Part shown: positions 6,896-7,960 of the stretch, in pieces | Layout: each line of letters opens with the position of its first letter | How positions within the stretch are numbered: the first letter of the stretch is position 1 | Source: Naegleria gruberi | Taxonomy: Eukaryota | Assembly (NCBI GenBank): GCA_000004985.1 | Contig: GG739099.1 | DNA: 7,960 nt | Reading direction: 5' to 3' (one strand) | Notes under the pieces: model-generated | What the model saw: the letters and a program-made list of their open reading frames with translations, nothing else | What the model was told of the DNA's origin: nothing | The model's database searches: none | Made by a program: the position numbers and the translations under genes

Positions 6896-7590
6896 CCTAG
6901 CTAAATATATAATAATTATTTAAATATGAATGTGCACAAATATGAACAAATTTCGGAATACATAGTTAGATCCAATATTTCAAAAGAGACAACAACTTAC
7001 TTTCATAGAGAACATGAGAACGACCACAATACATCCTCAAAACTCTCTCCTGATCATCAATCAACGTACAAGGCTTAAATACTTGACGATCATTCACATC
7101 AGCAACCCGAGCCAATTGCATACTTGCATTATTTCCTGCACTCTTTAATTGATGATCATCTTAATCAGAGGTTCATGCCCAAAAAACCTACATAAAATTG
7201 TTTCATATTTTTTTTTAAAATAAAAATAGAATATGACAAGCAGAGTTCATATTTGTAATTTCATTATAAACATTTAATTAATAATTGAACATAGTAAAGT
7301 GTTGATATTATGTAATTTACAAAGAGACGTTGTTTTAGTCAGTGAAGGATAAAGATCACATCTTGCCATAACAAAGGCAATAACGTTTAGTCACTTGAAG
7401 AACTATGGATGAGTCATTTTACTGTCAAATGTCAACTCATCACAAAAAAAATTGATCAAAGTGTTACCAACATCATCCTATTAGTAATAATCACAACAAT
7501 TTTATTTTACTACTAAACAACACACTTTCATCAAAATTTCCCATCAACATTGACATCCTCATAATATTAATATATAAATAACAAACAATA

Positions 7591-7959
7591 ATGGATTCTA
7601 AATTAGTTATTCGTGTCTACTTTGTAGATGATTCCTTCAAAACCATTGCCGTTAGTCCAACCATCAGTGCTCGTGATTTATCGATTGTTGTCGCTGATAA
7701 GATTGAATTGGAACAACGTGAAACTTTTGCGCTCTTTTTCTACAAGAACGGAGAGTGTAGATGTTTAGATGATGATGAACAACCGTGCAAATTGATGGTC
7801 TATGAAACTGTTGGTTCTGATGCAGACTTTCAAAAGTATGTGAATGATAAACAAGAATGGGAAAAATTAAAGAAAGACTGGGAGAAGGACTCTAAATTAG
7901 TATTCAAGAGAAGAGTCTTTTTAAAGCACAAGGCAATTCCACGGAACAAGAAAAGTTTT
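7591..7959 (+). CDS. N-terminus of a protein with a ubiquitin-like FERM-N/Ras-association-type fold signature. It continues past the window end.
   Basis: ATG at 7591 is the first Met after an in-frame TAA at 7579. 123 codons follow with no stop to 7959: MDSKLVIRVYFVDDSFKTIAVSPTISARDLSIVVADKIELEQRETFALFFYKNGECRCLDDDEQPCKLMVYET…KLVFKRRVFLKHK. The pattern (β-strand start, 'hot' residue, …LxFKRRxFL) resembles the FERM F1 lobe / RA domain motif (L.F.FR.KFF). It was not in the supplied ORF track, presumably because it lacks a stop. A TATA-like tatataaata sits at 7571-7580. Confidence 0.55.
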   Translation, partial: MDSKLVIRVYFVDDSFKTIAVSPTISARDLSIVVADKIELEQRETFALFFYKNGECRCLDDDEQPCKLMVYETVGSDADFQKYVNDKQEWEKLKKDWEKDSKLVFKRRVFLKHKAIPRNKKSF

Positions 7960-7960
7960 G

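Noticed and set aside
5273-6904. 543-aa plus-strand 'ORF' in the supplied track.
   Set aside because: Almost entirely poly-X translated from the 1502-N assembly gap. Only about 35 real codons lie at its start, and they are antisense to the PPR gene. It is an artefact of Ns containing no stops.
1-7960. Prokaryotic reading of the window (operons, RBS, rho-independent terminators, defence islands).
   Set aside because: Several features argue for a eukaryotic nuclear scaffold. The PLS-PPR/DYW architecture and the F-box and FERM-like proteins point that way. So do the signal-peptide-bearing hydrolase and the very AT-rich spacers with TATA-like elements. A GTAAGT donor and scaffold N gaps are also present. 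No Shine-Dalgarno patterns or co-directional tight operon packing were seen.

Overview
This window is AT-rich eukaryotic nuclear DNA from a draft assembly. It contains two runs of N (50 nt at 3695-3744 and 1502 nt at 5394-6895) and a single n at 5344.

Five genes can be supported:
1. 13..777 (minus strand). The N-terminal part of a CocE/NonD (peptidase S15 / X-Pro dipeptidyl-peptidase-like) alpha/beta hydrolase with a signal peptide. Its 3' end runs off the window.
2. 1060..1746 (plus strand). A 228-aa hypothetical protein with an F-box-like motif.
3. About 1933..5393 (minus strand). A large PLS-class pentatricopeptide-repeat (PPR) gene ending in a complete DYW cytidine-deaminase domain (…CSCDGYW*). 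The ORF track shows three ORFs, but they are one gene: reading frames stay open into both N gaps, and the pieces are separated only by a local frameshift near 4342-4375.
4. A possible short minus-strand exon at 7001..7121, low confidence.
5. 7591..7959 (plus strand). The N-terminus of a protein with a FERM/RA-like ubiquitin-fold signature. It runs off the window end.

The PPR gene's central section is an array of near-identical 315-bp (105-codon) tandem units, each encoding one P-L-S(-like) motif triplet. This repetition probably caused the assembly gaps.

The most notable content is a plant-type DYW RNA-editing factor sitting in an AT-rich, non-plant-looking genomic context. That is consistent with the horizontally acquired DYW-PPR genes known from a few protists, but I cannot identify the organism from sequence alone. 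Its motif array is unusually homogeneous.
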